From Candidatus Krumholzibacteriota bacterium (GTDB lineage: Bacteria > Krumholzibacteriota > Krumholzibacteriia > Krumholzibacteriales > WJIX01), in NCBI GenBank assembly GCA_034520215.1, contig JAXHNR010000002.1:78060-142059 (forward strand): a stretch of 64,000 bases of DNA, written 5' to 3'. The position numbers and the translations under genes are program-made. Of the stretch, positions 20,388 through 31,300 are shown piece after piece; the first letter of the stretch is position 1; each line of letters opens with the position of its first letter. The notes below the pieces were generated by a model. That model was not told the DNA's origin, did no database searches, and was given only the letters and a program-made list of their open reading frames with translations.

Positions 20388-20843
20388 ATGCTCGGCAGAC
20401 TATGCCGTAAAATGAGACTCCTGGGATTTGATTCCAGGATTAACCCGACCTCTGAAACGGGACGTTTTCTTATAAATGCCGAGAGGGAAAACCGTCTGGC
20501 TGTTACACTTTCAAAGCGCCTGACAGACAGGCCGGGCAGAGCTCCGCTGATTCTTGAAAGCGCCGGAATATTTGATCAAATCACAGAACTTATCCTCTCT
20601 CTGAAACAACCTCCGGCGCTTGAGCCATTCACGCGGTGCCTCGAATGCAACACAATTCTCACGGAACTTCCCGCTAGAGAGGCCCGGCTTCGTGTTCCGG
20701 ACTATATCGCCGAAAATTTCAATGAATTCTTAGAGTGCTCTGAATGCGGCAGGGTTTACTGGAAGGGCACGCATTTTACCGCGATGACAGATGAGGTAGA
20801 AAAGATAACGCGGCGGATATATCGGGTTAGGCGTAAAATCTGA
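20388..20843 (+). CDS. Mut7-C RNase-domain (DUF82) protein with C-terminal zinc ribbon
   Basis: N-term MLGRLCRKMRLLGFDS matches Mut7-C ubiquitin-like/RNase signature (LGKLARWLRLLGYD); C-term CLECN...CSECG. Confidence 0.65.
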   Translation: MLGRLCRKMRLLGFDSRINPTSETGRFLINAERENRLAVTLSKRLTDRPGRAPLILESAGIFDQITELILSLKQPPALEPFTRCLECNTILTELPAREARLRVPDYIAENFNEFLECSECGRVYWKGTHFTAMTDEVEKITRRIYRVRRKI

Positions 20844-21025
20844 CGGCTCTTTGTCTTGCGGGTCCATTACATCGTATTTCATGTATTCGAATGGTCCTGC
20901 TTCAAAATATGCGGCTCCTCCCGGCCGGGCTCCGGAATTTCCATATCGATCAGTTCCAGGGGGTTATTTTCCTCTTCCATATTCTTGATTTCCTTTAATG
21001 CCATCGCTTTCATCGGGTGCTTTCC

Positions 21026-22288
21026 TTAAGTCTTCTGTTCCTTTTTTTCCGCGGCGGGAAAAAGGATGTTGTTTAGAATCAGCCTGTACCCCGGAGAATT
21101 AGTATAGCGTTCCAGTCTTGTAGGCAAATCTCCCACAAAGTGTTTATAATCTTCCGGATCATGCCCGCCCAGAAAAGTGAATGTCCCTTTCGCGAAATTG
21201 CCGTGTATGTAGCGCGCCTCGCCTTTTCCCTTTACCTGGCCGAGTATCAGCACTCTGTCTTTTATAAGACTCTTTTTAAAAGAGGTTGTCTGTCCCATAA
21301 ACCCTTTTATCACTGACACGTGATTCTGCACCAGCATAGTCGGAACCGGATCATGCTTGGCCGAAAACTCGAAGAGTGTAAAGAAATCATTTCCCTCTGA
21401 TCTTTTTGCCGCGGTTTCGGTCATATCTATATCCGAATATTCGTAAACATGAGGGTTTGTTATTAAGGTAAACCCCTCGAAGGCGAGGCAGTTTTCGTAA
21501 TCCAGTTTGTTCTGGCAGTCTGGTGTCATGCCGTCATGGTCAAATTCGCGGGGGACAATATCTATTCCCCGGGCCGCCAGAGCGATATCAAATGAATCGC
21601 AGCCGCTGCACATGGCAAAGAGGAACCCGCCCGTTCTCACATATTCCTTGATCGCCCTCGCCACCGCCTTCTTTTCCTCCGACACCTTGTCGAACCCGAG
21701 AGAAGAAGCCCTTCTTTCAAAAATTATCTGCTGCTTTATATACCACTCCTTACGCCTGTAAGAAGCGTAGAACTTCCCGTACTGGCCGGTAAAATCCTCG
21801 TGGTGCAGATGCAGCCAGTCATAATTTCCGAGTTTGCCCGTCAGGACCTCGCGGTCATAGATGACATCGTAGGGAATCTCTGAATATTCAAGAACCAGCA
21901 TAACAGCGTCATCCCAGGGCTGTTTGTCGGGAGGGGCGTAGACAGCCACCTTCGGAGCCTGTTCGAGAAGAACGGTTTCCATATTGCTCTGTTCTATTTC
22001 ACCGTAGATCGAAGCAATCTCACTGCCGCTGAGTTTAACGACCTCGACACCCATGGCGCGGGCCCGGGAAGCGGCGATACCTATTTCGGGAAGCAGAAAT
22101 GATCCGCCCCTGTAATTCAAAAGCCATTTTGCCTCCCCCCCCCTTTCCAGCACTTTATATACAAGCCCGTAGGCCTTCAGATGATTCGTCTGGGAGAGAT
22201 CCATCGGCACCAGATAATCGGCGTATGCCGCCTGCGGCAAAAATAATCCCAACGACAGCGCGAGCATTACTGTTATCAAAAGCTTCAA
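21026..22288 (-). CDS. Secreted hypothetical protein (signal peptide), possible class-I glutamine-amidotransferase-like/ThuA-like fold
   Basis: Signal MKLLITVMLALSLGLFLPQAAYA; GGFLFAMCSGCD nucleophile-elbow-like segment (weak). Confidence 0.4.
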   Translation of the reverse strand: MKLLITVMLALSLGLFLPQAAYADYLVPMDLSQTNHLKAYGLVYKVLERGGEAKWLLNYRGGSFLLPEIGIAASRARAMGVEVVKLSGSEIASIYGEIEQSNMETVLLEQAPKVAVYAPPDKQPWDDAVMLVLEYSEIPYDVIYDREVLTGKLGNYDWLHLHHEDFTGQYGKFYASYRRKEWYIKQQIIFERRASSLGFDKVSEEKKAVARAIKEYVRTGGFLFAMCSGCDSFDIALAARGIDIVPREFDHDGMTPDCQNKLDYENCLAFEGFTLITNPHVYEYSDIDMTETAAKRSEGNDFFTLFEFSAKHDPVPTMLVQNHVSVIKGFMGQTTSFKKSLIKDRVLILGQVKGKGEARYIHGNFAKGTFTFLGGHDPEDYKHFVGDLPTRLERYTNSPGYRLILNNILFPAAEKKEQKT

Positions 22289-22309
22289 TCTGTTTTAAGC
22301 CTCCTCGTT

Positions 22310-24250
22310 TTAATTCAATTTGAGCCTACCGCTCAAATCTGAATATTTCTTCCTGATTCGTGATATAAAAGGGTTATCGGGGTATCTTTCTATTGATATC
22401 CCGTAATGTTTCAGAGCTTCCCGGGGCCTCTCTGAAGAAATAAGATCCGCGAGCTTTTCCAGCGCCGCCGGAGCGGTAGAACTCATCGGGTAATCTTCGG
22501 CGATTTCCGTCAGATCCGCTTCAGCTTCGCCTCTCATACCGCTATCAATTTCCAGAGAGGCGCGCGTAAGAAGCGCCCTCGGTATTAGCGGTGATTCCGG
22601 AAAACGCCTCTTTAACATTCTGAGAGAATCTATCGCTTTCATCAACTCATTTCTTCCGGCAAAAAGCCTCGCAGCCGCAAAAAGATCGAGCGCCCCTTCA
22701 TCTTCATCTATCTCCCGCCTTATAAGCATAGCCATATCCAGAGCGTCATTCGCGTGATTACTCGAATAATATTCTTCTGCCGTCTTTGAAAATCCCTCTA
22801 GAGCCTCACTGTACTTTCCGCAGTAAAATTTTTGCTCGGAGAGCCTGTAGGCAGCTTCGGAAGCCACGGTTGAATCACTGCCGGAAGCAAGAGCTTCAAG
22901 CTCCTCTGTTATTTTTCCTTTGCATCCGGATATCGAAAGGGCTCTGGCGCGCGTAATTTTAGCTTTCCTTTCGTGTTTTTTTTGCCGCCATTTTGAACGG
23001 CCCAGAATATCAAGAGCTTTCGCGGGACGCCCCATCCCTTCCAGTTGAATTTGAGCCATCAGCAGACGCGCCTCGCCTTTATAGGAAGGGTTCTTGACGC
23101 CCGCCGCGGCGTCAAAAGCCTCCTTAAGAATTTCGATATTATACGGCCACCGGCGCCTCGCCCGGAAAAATTTCAGCTCGGCCCTCAGCAGGGTCACTCT
23201 CGGCGCCTGCGGGCTCTCTCTGTAATGCTCAAGAAAACGGCGGGTAACTTCAAGAAGGAACAATTCATAATCAATATCTCCCATCTTGTGATCCATTCGC
23301 GCCGCGGCAGATATGAAAGAATAGTAGAGATTTTCCCCTCTCTTATCTTTATTTCCGGCGCGAAGGACTTCCCGCGCTTTTTTATACCTGCCGCTCTCTA
23401 CAAGAAAAAGAACCTTCACATAATGTAAGTAAGCGCTGTCTTTTCCAAGCCCGCCGGTTAAATCATCGTACAGCGGCAGAAGCGTGCTGTCTCTTCCCGA
23501 TTCTCTGAAGATCTCGAGAATTGTCTCCGCGCCTCTTAAATCCCTTATTGCTCTCTCCCCGGACAATCTCTTAACCTCATCCTTAAAGGCGGCTTCTGAC
23601 CTTCCCAGGATTCTTTCCCATTCCACGACCTTTATCATTCGGGACGTGTAATACCGCCCAACCGCCCCGTCTCTCATTACAGAGACGGCGTCATCGTACA
23701 TTCCGGCTTTCCACAGCAGCGCGGCCACGTCATCGTAATAAGCAATATTTTTATCTCCCGCGGCCAGAAGGCTTCTCCATGTATTTCCCGCTTTTTCCTC
23801 TCTGCCCATTTCCATATATGCTTCGCCGAGACTCTTTATCAAGCTGACGTCGAACTTTCTTTCCTCGAGTTTCTTCTCGATAAAAGATACCGCTTCCTCA
23901 GCTTTTCCAATCCTTATATAGACATCCGCGAGCATCCTCGCGGCCGCAACGTTACGCGGGTATTCCCGGCAGAGTTTCTCCAGAATATCGAGAGCTTCCC
24001 TGTATCTTCCTCTCTGCAAGAGATTTCTCGCTTTAATTCTCCTCTCGGCAGCCCCTTCCCTGTCAGTCTGCTTTGCCCCCTCACCAGAGGCGCCCTTTCT
24101 AACATTAACCCCTTCATCCTGCTGAGTTCTCCCCCGCCCGGGAACTGACAGAACAAAAAGAACCGCGGCCAAAAAGACCCCTGAACATCTTATAATTCTC
24201 TGTATATCCGCGGGGAATATTCTGATTTTATTGTCAGTTCTGTCAGGCAA
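22310..24250 (-). CDS. TPR-repeat protein with N-terminal signal anchor
   Basis: Multiple Ax(2)Yx(6)G TPR-like repeats; N-terminal hydrophobic segment. Confidence 0.6.
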   Translation of the reverse strand: MPDRTDNKIRIFPADIQRIIRCSGVFLAAVLFVLSVPGRGRTQQDEGVNVRKGASGEGAKQTDREGAAERRIKARNLLQRGRYREALDILEKLCREYPRNVAAARMLADVYIRIGKAEEAVSFIEKKLEERKFDVSLIKSLGEAYMEMGREEKAGNTWRSLLAAGDKNIAYYDDVAALLWKAGMYDDAVSVMRDGAVGRYYTSRMIKVVEWERILGRSEAAFKDEVKRLSGERAIRDLRGAETILEIFRESGRDSTLLPLYDDLTGGLGKDSAYLHYVKVLFLVESGRYKKAREVLRAGNKDKRGENLYYSFISAAARMDHKMGDIDYELFLLEVTRRFLEHYRESPQAPRVTLLRAELKFFRARRRWPYNIEILKEAFDAAAGVKNPSYKGEARLLMAQIQLEGMGRPAKALDILGRSKWRQKKHERKAKITRARALSISGCKGKITEELEALASGSDSTVASEAAYRLSEQKFYCGKYSEALEGFSKTAEEYYSSNHANDALDMAMLIRREIDEDEGALDLFAAARLFAGRNELMKAIDSLRMLKRRFPESPLIPRALLTRASLEIDSGMRGEAEADLTEIAEDYPMSSTAPAALEKLADLISSERPREALKHYGISIERYPDNPFISRIRKKYSDLSGRLKLN

Positions 24251-24251
24251 T

Positions 24252-27200
24252 TTATTCCCCCCTCTCTCTGACCTTCCTCGAGAGCGCCCGGAAGTATAAA
24301 TCTATCAGATCTTCATATTCTCTGGGCCCTTTCATTCTCATCCCGCTTCTAATCATTTCAAGAATAGCATCACTGTTTTCACTCGTCCTCGCGGCCCTTC
24401 CGGGGTCATCGCCCCATAGAATCTCCGCGTTCCTGCTGACCCTTTCTCTTTTATAATCTCTTCTGTTTATCGATCTCTGCGCCTGAAGCATTCTGCCGAG
24501 CACTCTCTCTTCCATCCCAATTAAATCCTTATCGAGTTTCCCCTCGTCAAGTTTTTCCGCGATGCTGTCCATCTGTGAAGCAAGGCCTTCTATTTCGCCA
24601 AGGAGGTCTTCGCCGCCAACACTTTCCTCTTCAATCTGCTCTGCTATTTCCTTCATCTTCCTCTGCTTTGCCGCGAGGCGGGACATCTTCGCCCTCTGGC
24701 TCATCGAGAGGCTCGACCTGTTCTGGTTTCCATACATTTTCTGAAGCTGCCTGTCTATGGCCATCTGCCGGTTTAGCATATCGCTTATTTTCTTCTTTGC
24801 ACCGCCTCCGCCTCCGTTGCTGGACGAGTTGGCTCTCAACAATTCAATAACCCCTTTGTTAAGATGCCCCAGAGCGTAGCGCGAGGAATCACGGGCTTTG
24901 CCGTGGCGCCTGTTTTCTATTGCGTCTAAAACTCCTTCAGCCCCGCGCGCGGCACAACCCAGGTGAGTAAAAACAAGACGTGATCTGAACATTGATTTTC
25001 TGGTAATTTCGTAGAGTTCTTCTACTATATCTCTGATAGCCGCTTCAACAAACATTTGCTTTTCAGAGGCGGTTCCTTCCGCCGGCGAGCCGGCGCCCGC
25101 GAGGTCTTTCGCCACCTCCTCCTGAAGCTTTGACGTTTCAACAAGCATGTCCGCGGCGTGCTGAATACTTTTCTTTACGCGATCACTCAACCTCATACTC
25201 ATTCCCTTCTGGCATCTCCCAAGAGAAGTATAAAGACCGAGCATTTCATCCACCGCGTCTTTCTGAGTACACCGCGCCCCGTTTCTTTCTCCGCTTTCCA
25301 TCTGCCCCGCCGCTTTATTCATAACGGAGTCCAGCTTCGCTTCTTCGAGCTGTTTATGGGCTCTCTCTAATTCACTATTTCTTTTATTATCTTCGGACTT
25401 TGATAAACTGCCGAGGTCTTCTTCATATTCCTTCGCCTCCTTCGCCAGATCTTTCTGGTCTTCAGACAGCTTCTCGAGATCTTCAGCTTCAGCGGAATCC
25501 CTGAGAGCTTTCTGTCTTTCGAGCATACTCTCCATTCTCCGCATAAGTTCTTCCATCTTTTCTTCCCGCATAACCTGTTTGAGGTAATCAATGGTCCGGT
25601 CCAGCTCTTCGGTCATCTCCTCAGTTGAAATTTCAAGATCCTCCATCGCCGACGTGATATCCTCTTCGGACAATTCGTTCATGATCCTGTTTGTTTTCTC
25701 GATAAGGTCCTTAAGCGTTTCACTCTCCAACCTGCTTATAAGCTGCTGAATCCTCTCTAACTTTTTGCCGATCTTCATCGATGTCATTCTGTTCTGCTGA
25801 AGAAGATTAAGCGATTTTTCCATCCTGGAAGCTGATTCAAGAGCTTTTTGCCGCAGCTTTTTGAATTTTTCCAGAACATTCTTCCCTTCCCGCTTCTTCC
25901 CCCAATCCATTTCAGGCTCAGCTTTGAATCTGTCCGAAAGTTTCTTGAGTTTTTCCTTTGCCTCCTGACCCGACCGATATAAATCATCTATCTGATTTGT
26001 CTGCCTCTCTTGACTTTTTCTGTGACTGGCATACATCTGTGAAAGTGAAGGGACGTCCATATAGCGGAGCTCGGTTCTGGAGTATCCCGGCCCGGAAAGA
26101 ACGTTGCTGTCGAACGCTTCAAGGTAGTAATAAATTCTGTCTCCCGGCATAACGGAGTTTCCTTCCAGAGACCACTCGAAGACTTCTTTGACAACGCCGT
26201 TATTCTTTCCTTCAGCTTTAAAGAGGACAATTGTCTTATATTCCTTCTCCTCTATTTTGAACTTCAGATTTATTCTTGAAACAGAATAATCGTCAACCGC
26301 TCTGTACTGCAATGAAGCCAGAAGGGACCTCGGCAGCAGCGCTCCATCCTCCGGTGTAATAACTTCCACTTCAGGAGGGAGGTCATAAGTTACTTCCAAA
26401 GGGTGGAATATCCTGTGTTTGTTCTCATGCCCCTCGCTGTCTGTTACACTCACATGAAAGGTGTCCTTTGCCCCAGCAGTAAAAGAAGCGCTGAATTTAT
26501 CACCGGACACTTTGACTGGAAGGTCTTTAGCCCTTGTAAACATGAGGGTTCCCTCTTTTATTATTTTACTTGTCTTGCCCGATATATTTATGCTTGTCCC
26601 GAGAGGAACTCTCATCCTTCCGGCAACAGTTTCTACGGTTTCAGAGGGCATACGAGTATAATCAGGGTAGTCAAGCCGGGCACTCAACCGGTTTATAACG
26701 GGAAAGTATGTAACATCCACACCGAATGTGTCAGAAGATCCGCCGTCAGATTTAAAACAGTAGATCAAATCGTCTTGGGGCGACTTGAGGGTTTTTCTAT
26801 AAACAGCGAAGGGGATATTCCCCGCGGATACCGTGTCGGGGGCAATTTTTTCCTCCTTCCATACCCCGTCAACAGAGCTGGTGCATAGTGTTACATCTTT
26901 CGCCTCAGCTCCAAAATTAATACCCTCAACATAAATGTCCTCTCCCTCGAGCAATGAAATATTCCCGGAGGCGGCCAATATATTTGCCTTCTCAGAGCCG
27001 GTGAAACTAACGCCCGGATCTGAAATAAAAGAAATGATCTCATTTACACTCTGAGGGGCAAATAATGCCTGGCAAACAAACAATACTCCGAGAAGAATTC
27101 CGGCGGCTGCCCACCCTGACCTTCCCTCAGCGGCAAAGATATTCTTTTCTTTCAGTTTTTTGATATCTATGTTTGCCCGTCGAATTGCCTCATCTATAAG

Positions 27201-27632
27201 ATACCGCGAATAGCCGCCGCTTCCCTTTTCCTCCCTTGAAAATTCAAGGGCTGACCCGAAAAGACTTCTATATCCTCCCGTTTTTCCGTCGAGCAGCGCG
27301 GCTAATCCGCTTTTGTCCGCGACATGGAAAGATGGAGATAATAAGGAATAAAGCAGCGCGCAGGCTACGCCCGTCCAGAAAAACAGGAAGGCGAAAAAGG
27401 GGAAGAAACTCCAATTCGAAAAGAGACTATTTAACGCGAGAAGAAGAAACAGAAGCAGAAACACAACCGAGGAAAGAACCGACAGGAGTCCTCCTGCCAG
27501 GGCTATACGGCGCCGCAGGGCCGAATTGGCCAGCTCTTTTAAGAAAACCTCTTTAATATTCTTTTCACTACCCATAGCAATACAACGAGGGATCCGCCTC
27601 AAATCTCTACCCGACAGGGACATATAAGGCAA
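24252..27632 (-). CDS. Large (1126 aa) membrane-anchored coiled-coil protein, DUF4175-like
   Basis: Two N-terminal TM segments, beta-rich middle, ~350-aa E/K/R-rich coiled-coil (KLKKLSDRFKAE...EELMRRMESMLERQKALRD), poly-Gly near the C-terminus. Resemblance to DUF4175 is from memory, not searched. Confidence 0.45.
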   Translation of the reverse strand: MPYMSLSGRDLRRIPRCIAMGSEKNIKEVFLKELANSALRRRIALAGGLLSVLSSVVFLLLFLLLALNSLFSNWSFFPFFAFLFFWTGVACALLYSLLSPSFHVADKSGLAALLDGKTGGYRSLFGSALEFSREEKGSGGYSRYLIDEAIRRANIDIKKLKEKNIFAAEGRSGWAAAGILLGVLFVCQALFAPQSVNEIISFISDPGVSFTGSEKANILAASGNISLLEGEDIYVEGINFGAEAKDVTLCTSSVDGVWKEEKIAPDTVSAGNIPFAVYRKTLKSPQDDLIYCFKSDGGSSDTFGVDVTYFPVINRLSARLDYPDYTRMPSETVETVAGRMRVPLGTSINISGKTSKIIKEGTLMFTRAKDLPVKVSGDKFSASFTAGAKDTFHVSVTDSEGHENKHRIFHPLEVTYDLPPEVEVITPEDGALLPRSLLASLQYRAVDDYSVSRINLKFKIEEKEYKTIVLFKAEGKNNGVVKEVFEWSLEGNSVMPGDRIYYYLEAFDSNVLSGPGYSRTELRYMDVPSLSQMYASHRKSQERQTNQIDDLYRSGQEAKEKLKKLSDRFKAEPEMDWGKKREGKNVLEKFKKLRQKALESASRMEKSLNLLQQNRMTSMKIGKKLERIQQLISRLESETLKDLIEKTNRIMNELSEEDITSAMEDLEISTEEMTEELDRTIDYLKQVMREEKMEELMRRMESMLERQKALRDSAEAEDLEKLSEDQKDLAKEAKEYEEDLGSLSKSEDNKRNSELERAHKQLEEAKLDSVMNKAAGQMESGERNGARCTQKDAVDEMLGLYTSLGRCQKGMSMRLSDRVKKSIQHAADMLVETSKLQEEVAKDLAGAGSPAEGTASEKQMFVEAAIRDIVEELYEITRKSMFRSRLVFTHLGCAARGAEGVLDAIENRRHGKARDSSRYALGHLNKGVIELLRANSSSNGGGGGAKKKISDMLNRQMAIDRQLQKMYGNQNRSSLSMSQRAKMSRLAAKQRKMKEIAEQIEEESVGGEDLLGEIEGLASQMDSIAEKLDEGKLDKDLIGMEERVLGRMLQAQRSINRRDYKRERVSRNAEILWGDDPGRAARTSENSDAILEMIRSGMRMKGPREYEDLIDLYFRALSRKVRERGE

Positions 27633-27647
27633 CAGGCATAGTTTGTT

Positions 27648-28346
27648 CTAGTAAGTTATCGCGTAATAGAGTATGTTCACAGCCATTCTAACCGCCATCT
27701 CCCTCTTTTCCGCGGGGTCATTATGAACATCGGCGTCTTCGAGCCCGTCGCCTATATCGCTCTCATAAGTATAAAAAATCATCAGTCTGTCTTCATCGAA
27801 CACACCAAGACCCTGAGGAGGTTTTCCGTCATGCTTGTGAATTTTCGGCGGGCCTTCAAGGTCATAAACACAATGATATATCGGATTATCAAAAGACACT
27901 TCTACGAGCTCTCTTTCAGGGAAAAGCTCCTTTACCATTTTCCGGAAAGATAAGTCCATCCCGTAATTATCGTCCGCGTATAGAAACCCTCCTCTGAGAA
28001 GGTGTGTTCTTAAGGTCCGCAGCTCTTCCGGCGTAAGTTTTACATTCCCGTGGCCGGTCATATATAAAAAGGGATAATTGTGCAGATCGGGATCGGTTAA
28101 TTTTACCGTCTTCTCATTTTCTTCTGTATTTATCCCCGTTCTCCTCTGAAACTTCTCTAAGAGATTGGGCAGCGAGGACGGATCACTGTACCAGTCTCCT
28201 CCCCCTCCGTACTCGACCCGCCCGATCGATATTCTTAAGTTTCCCGGCGGCGTCATACCTGCAGGCGCCGGCGCCGAAAGAACAGAGAATCCGAGTACAA
28301 TAAAGAAAACTGAACAAATCTTATATATATAGCTTTTTAAGATCAT
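27648..28346 (-). CDS. DUF4159-like secreted protein
   Basis: Signal peptide; RVEYGGGGDWYSDPSSLPNLL and YPFLYMTGHG segments recalled as DUF4159-like; typically partnered with DUF4175. Confidence 0.45.
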   Translation of the reverse strand: MILKSYIYKICSVFFIVLGFSVLSAPAPAGMTPPGNLRISIGRVEYGGGGDWYSDPSSLPNLLEKFQRRTGINTEENEKTVKLTDPDLHNYPFLYMTGHGNVKLTPEELRTLRTHLLRGGFLYADDNYGMDLSFRKMVKELFPERELVEVSFDNPIYHCVYDLEGPPKIHKHDGKPPQGLGVFDEDRLMIFYTYESDIGDGLEDADVHNDPAEKREMAVRMAVNILYYAITY

Positions 28347-28361
28347 GAGCGTCTGAACAAT

Positions 28362-31300
28362 CTACAAAGACGGTAACGTTACAATTACTTCAACACCCTG
28401 AGTGTCCGTTCTGTTCCTTAAAATTATCTCTCCCGCCATCTGGTCGACGATATTTCTGCATATTGCGAGTCCGAGACCCGTCCCGGTTGTCTTTGTCGAG
28501 AAATAGGGCTCGAAGAGTTTCTCCTCTACTTCACTCGAGAGACCCGTCCCCGTGTCCAAAACTTTGATCAGCGCCTTATCATCAACGCGGCTGGTTTTGA
28601 CAACAATCCTTCCGGGGCCTTCTATAGCCTCAATAGAGTTTTCGATTAGATTGTTAAACACTTTTCTCAATCCTTCTCTATCTGCATTGACCTCTATCTC
28701 TCCGTCCGGCTGAAAAACAATATCGATTTTTTCAATACCTCTGTATGACGAAATCTGTTCTTCGATAAACTCGTTCAGCTGTACCTTTTCAGCTTTCAGC
28801 TCCGAAACTCTTCCAAAACTCGAGAACTCGGAAGCTATGCGCCGCAGAATATCAGTATGCTTCATAATCGTATCTATACCGCTTTTGAATATCTCCTCGA
28901 ATTTTTCATCCTTTTTGCCGTAAGCCCGCCGCATAAACTGCGCCGAAAGTTTTATCGGTGTAAGAGGGTTTTTAACCTCGTGAGCTATCTGCCTTGCCAT
29001 TTCCACCCAGGCCGACAGCTTCTTTGATCTGATCAATTCTGTAAGGTCGTCAAACACGACTACTGTCCCGGCCTTTCCGCCGCTTTCCGGAAGAGAGGTC
29101 ACGACCGCTTTTATAGTCCTCTTCGCCTCGTCCGAATAGAGATCCACTTCTCTTACTTCGCCGCGCGCCCTGCCCAATGAAAAGAGATCGAAAAATGGTC
29201 TCAGCTCTTCCCGCTTGATATCTGAAGGTTTAGTCCCTATTACCCCTTCTCTCGATATGTTGAGGATTTTCTCTCCGGCCGGATTAAATGTAATAATCGT
29301 GCCGCTCTCATCGGAGGTTATAACTCCTGTAGCGGCGTTATCCAATATGGTTGCCAGATATTTCTGCCTGTCCAAAAGCTCCCTTCTCGCTTCCCTGAGC
29401 CCCGTCGTCATAGAATTAAAAGAATCGACAAGCTCACCTATCTCATCCGGTGCGCCGGCTTCCAGCTTGAACTCGAGGTCCCCTTCAATAATCTTTCTTG
29501 TCCCGCCTCTAAGCTGTGCTATCGGGGTGAATATCCTCCCGGCGAGAAAGACTCCGAGAGTTACAGAAGCCGCGAATAAAAGTGCTAAAAGACCCATCAG
29601 AAGCCCGCGGGTTTTATGTATCTCTTTCTGAACGAGTGTGGCCTGATACAGCAGCGGAACGGATAGAACTCCGAGCACAGAACCTTTCAGAGGTTTCATC
29701 GAAATTCCGGCAACATGATACGAATACTCGCCGAGCGATTCTGTGCCGATAACAGTTCTGCCTCCGCCGAGGGCGGCATCCGCGAACATCAAAGGCTCCA
29801 TCAGCGCATTTAGAAAGCCGCCCGTAAAAAGATCTCTCTGGCTTGAAGCGTTGATCATGCCTTTGTAGTAAATATTTACATTCTTCCCGAGTACCTGTGC
29901 TATCCCCCCGACAAATTCATCATCCATCCTGCGGCGGTAATAGAGATATCCCCCTGACGCGCCGGGAATAGAAATCGGTATTACCACCCCTCCGAATAAA
30001 TAAGGCGGGGAATACGTTATGGTAACTTCTTCCATTCTGCCGGTCTCAAACAGGTTCAGAGCATCTTCGATCCTGAAATTGCTCAGACTTTCATCCAGGA
30101 GTATCTCCGATCCGGTAAAGAGGGTGAACTGCGTAACTTCCTCCCTCGAGATATCCCTTATCCGGGGGCTTTCTTTACCTTCCAGAATGTCATTAAGATA
30201 CTGGCTTCCTGCGAAGGATTCAGCCTCGGATTTTATTGAATGCTCGATCAACGAGAATGCCGATTCAACCCCCGCTTCAGCTTCCCGGTTCGCTTCAGCT
30301 TTGTAGCGTTTTTTTATAAATCTGTTGGAAAACGCCCCCATTGCTACAACGGGAAGTATCGAAACAATAAAAAAGGACAGCAGTAATTTCTGCTTGAACC
30401 CGAGGGCTCCGGAGAAAGTCACATCCGGCGTCACGCTTCCCAGAACAGGCAGTTTCCGAATAACAAAAAGTACAACGAGAGAAAAGATCGTAAGGATAAC
30501 CTCAAGTGATACTACGGTTGCCCATTCAATAGTTCTTCCCGCCAACCCGGGGATCTGGTATCCCACGAGATACCCTTTCTCATCTTTGTCCAGATCCATT
30601 ATACAGCGGTATTTCTTCTCTCCGGCATCGATCTCAAACCATTCTCCGCTCTTTCCGGGAACAATGGCTCCGGTGTAGAGGAAAGGACTGGAAGATTCCT
30701 CGACCGCCCCCGATTCTATTCTGGCAACAAGCAAATTGTGCGGTTCATCCACTCTCCGGCGGAATCCCCCCTTCTCTTCCTTATGGAAAATCTCGGGTGT
30801 CTCGGGACTCCTTCTAGCCAGTAATCCGGTGTTCTCGAAGAAATACGGAATTTTTATCTCAACCTTGCCTATCTGTTTTCCTTCAATACTGTAAATCGGC
30901 GAAACGCCGATAAAGTAATAAGCCGCTCCTTTATTCGTTTCCTCCCTCTTCTGAATCACTCTCGGGCCCGGGAAAGATGTCTTATCTCCGGGCAGGTCAC
31001 GCGCGATGCCCAGCGGAATCCCCAGTGAAAATGTCGAGAATTTATTCCCCTTGTTGTTGTAGACGTCAATGAGGCACGGCAGATCGAATTTTCCGAGATT
31101 ACTCCCCGTCCATATTTCAAATGCCGCGGATTCTTCCTCTGAATCTACTAAAGAACTTACATTCTTATCATGAGATATATCTCTGCAGACATCCGGAAGA
31201 AAAGTGCCGATCCAGCTGTCTTCAGGATGGTTGAATTCATCAACCATCTCCCTGATTCTTCTCTTCTTTAATCTGTCATACCCTCCTCTCGCCGTCCCGT

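Noticed and set aside
20844-21025. Possible 45-aa acidic micro-ORF (MKAMALKEIKNMEEENNPLELIDMEIPEPGREEPH...) on the minus strand downstream of the secreted-protein gene
   Set aside because: Below a reliable size, low complexity, no RBS recognised. Kept only as a note.
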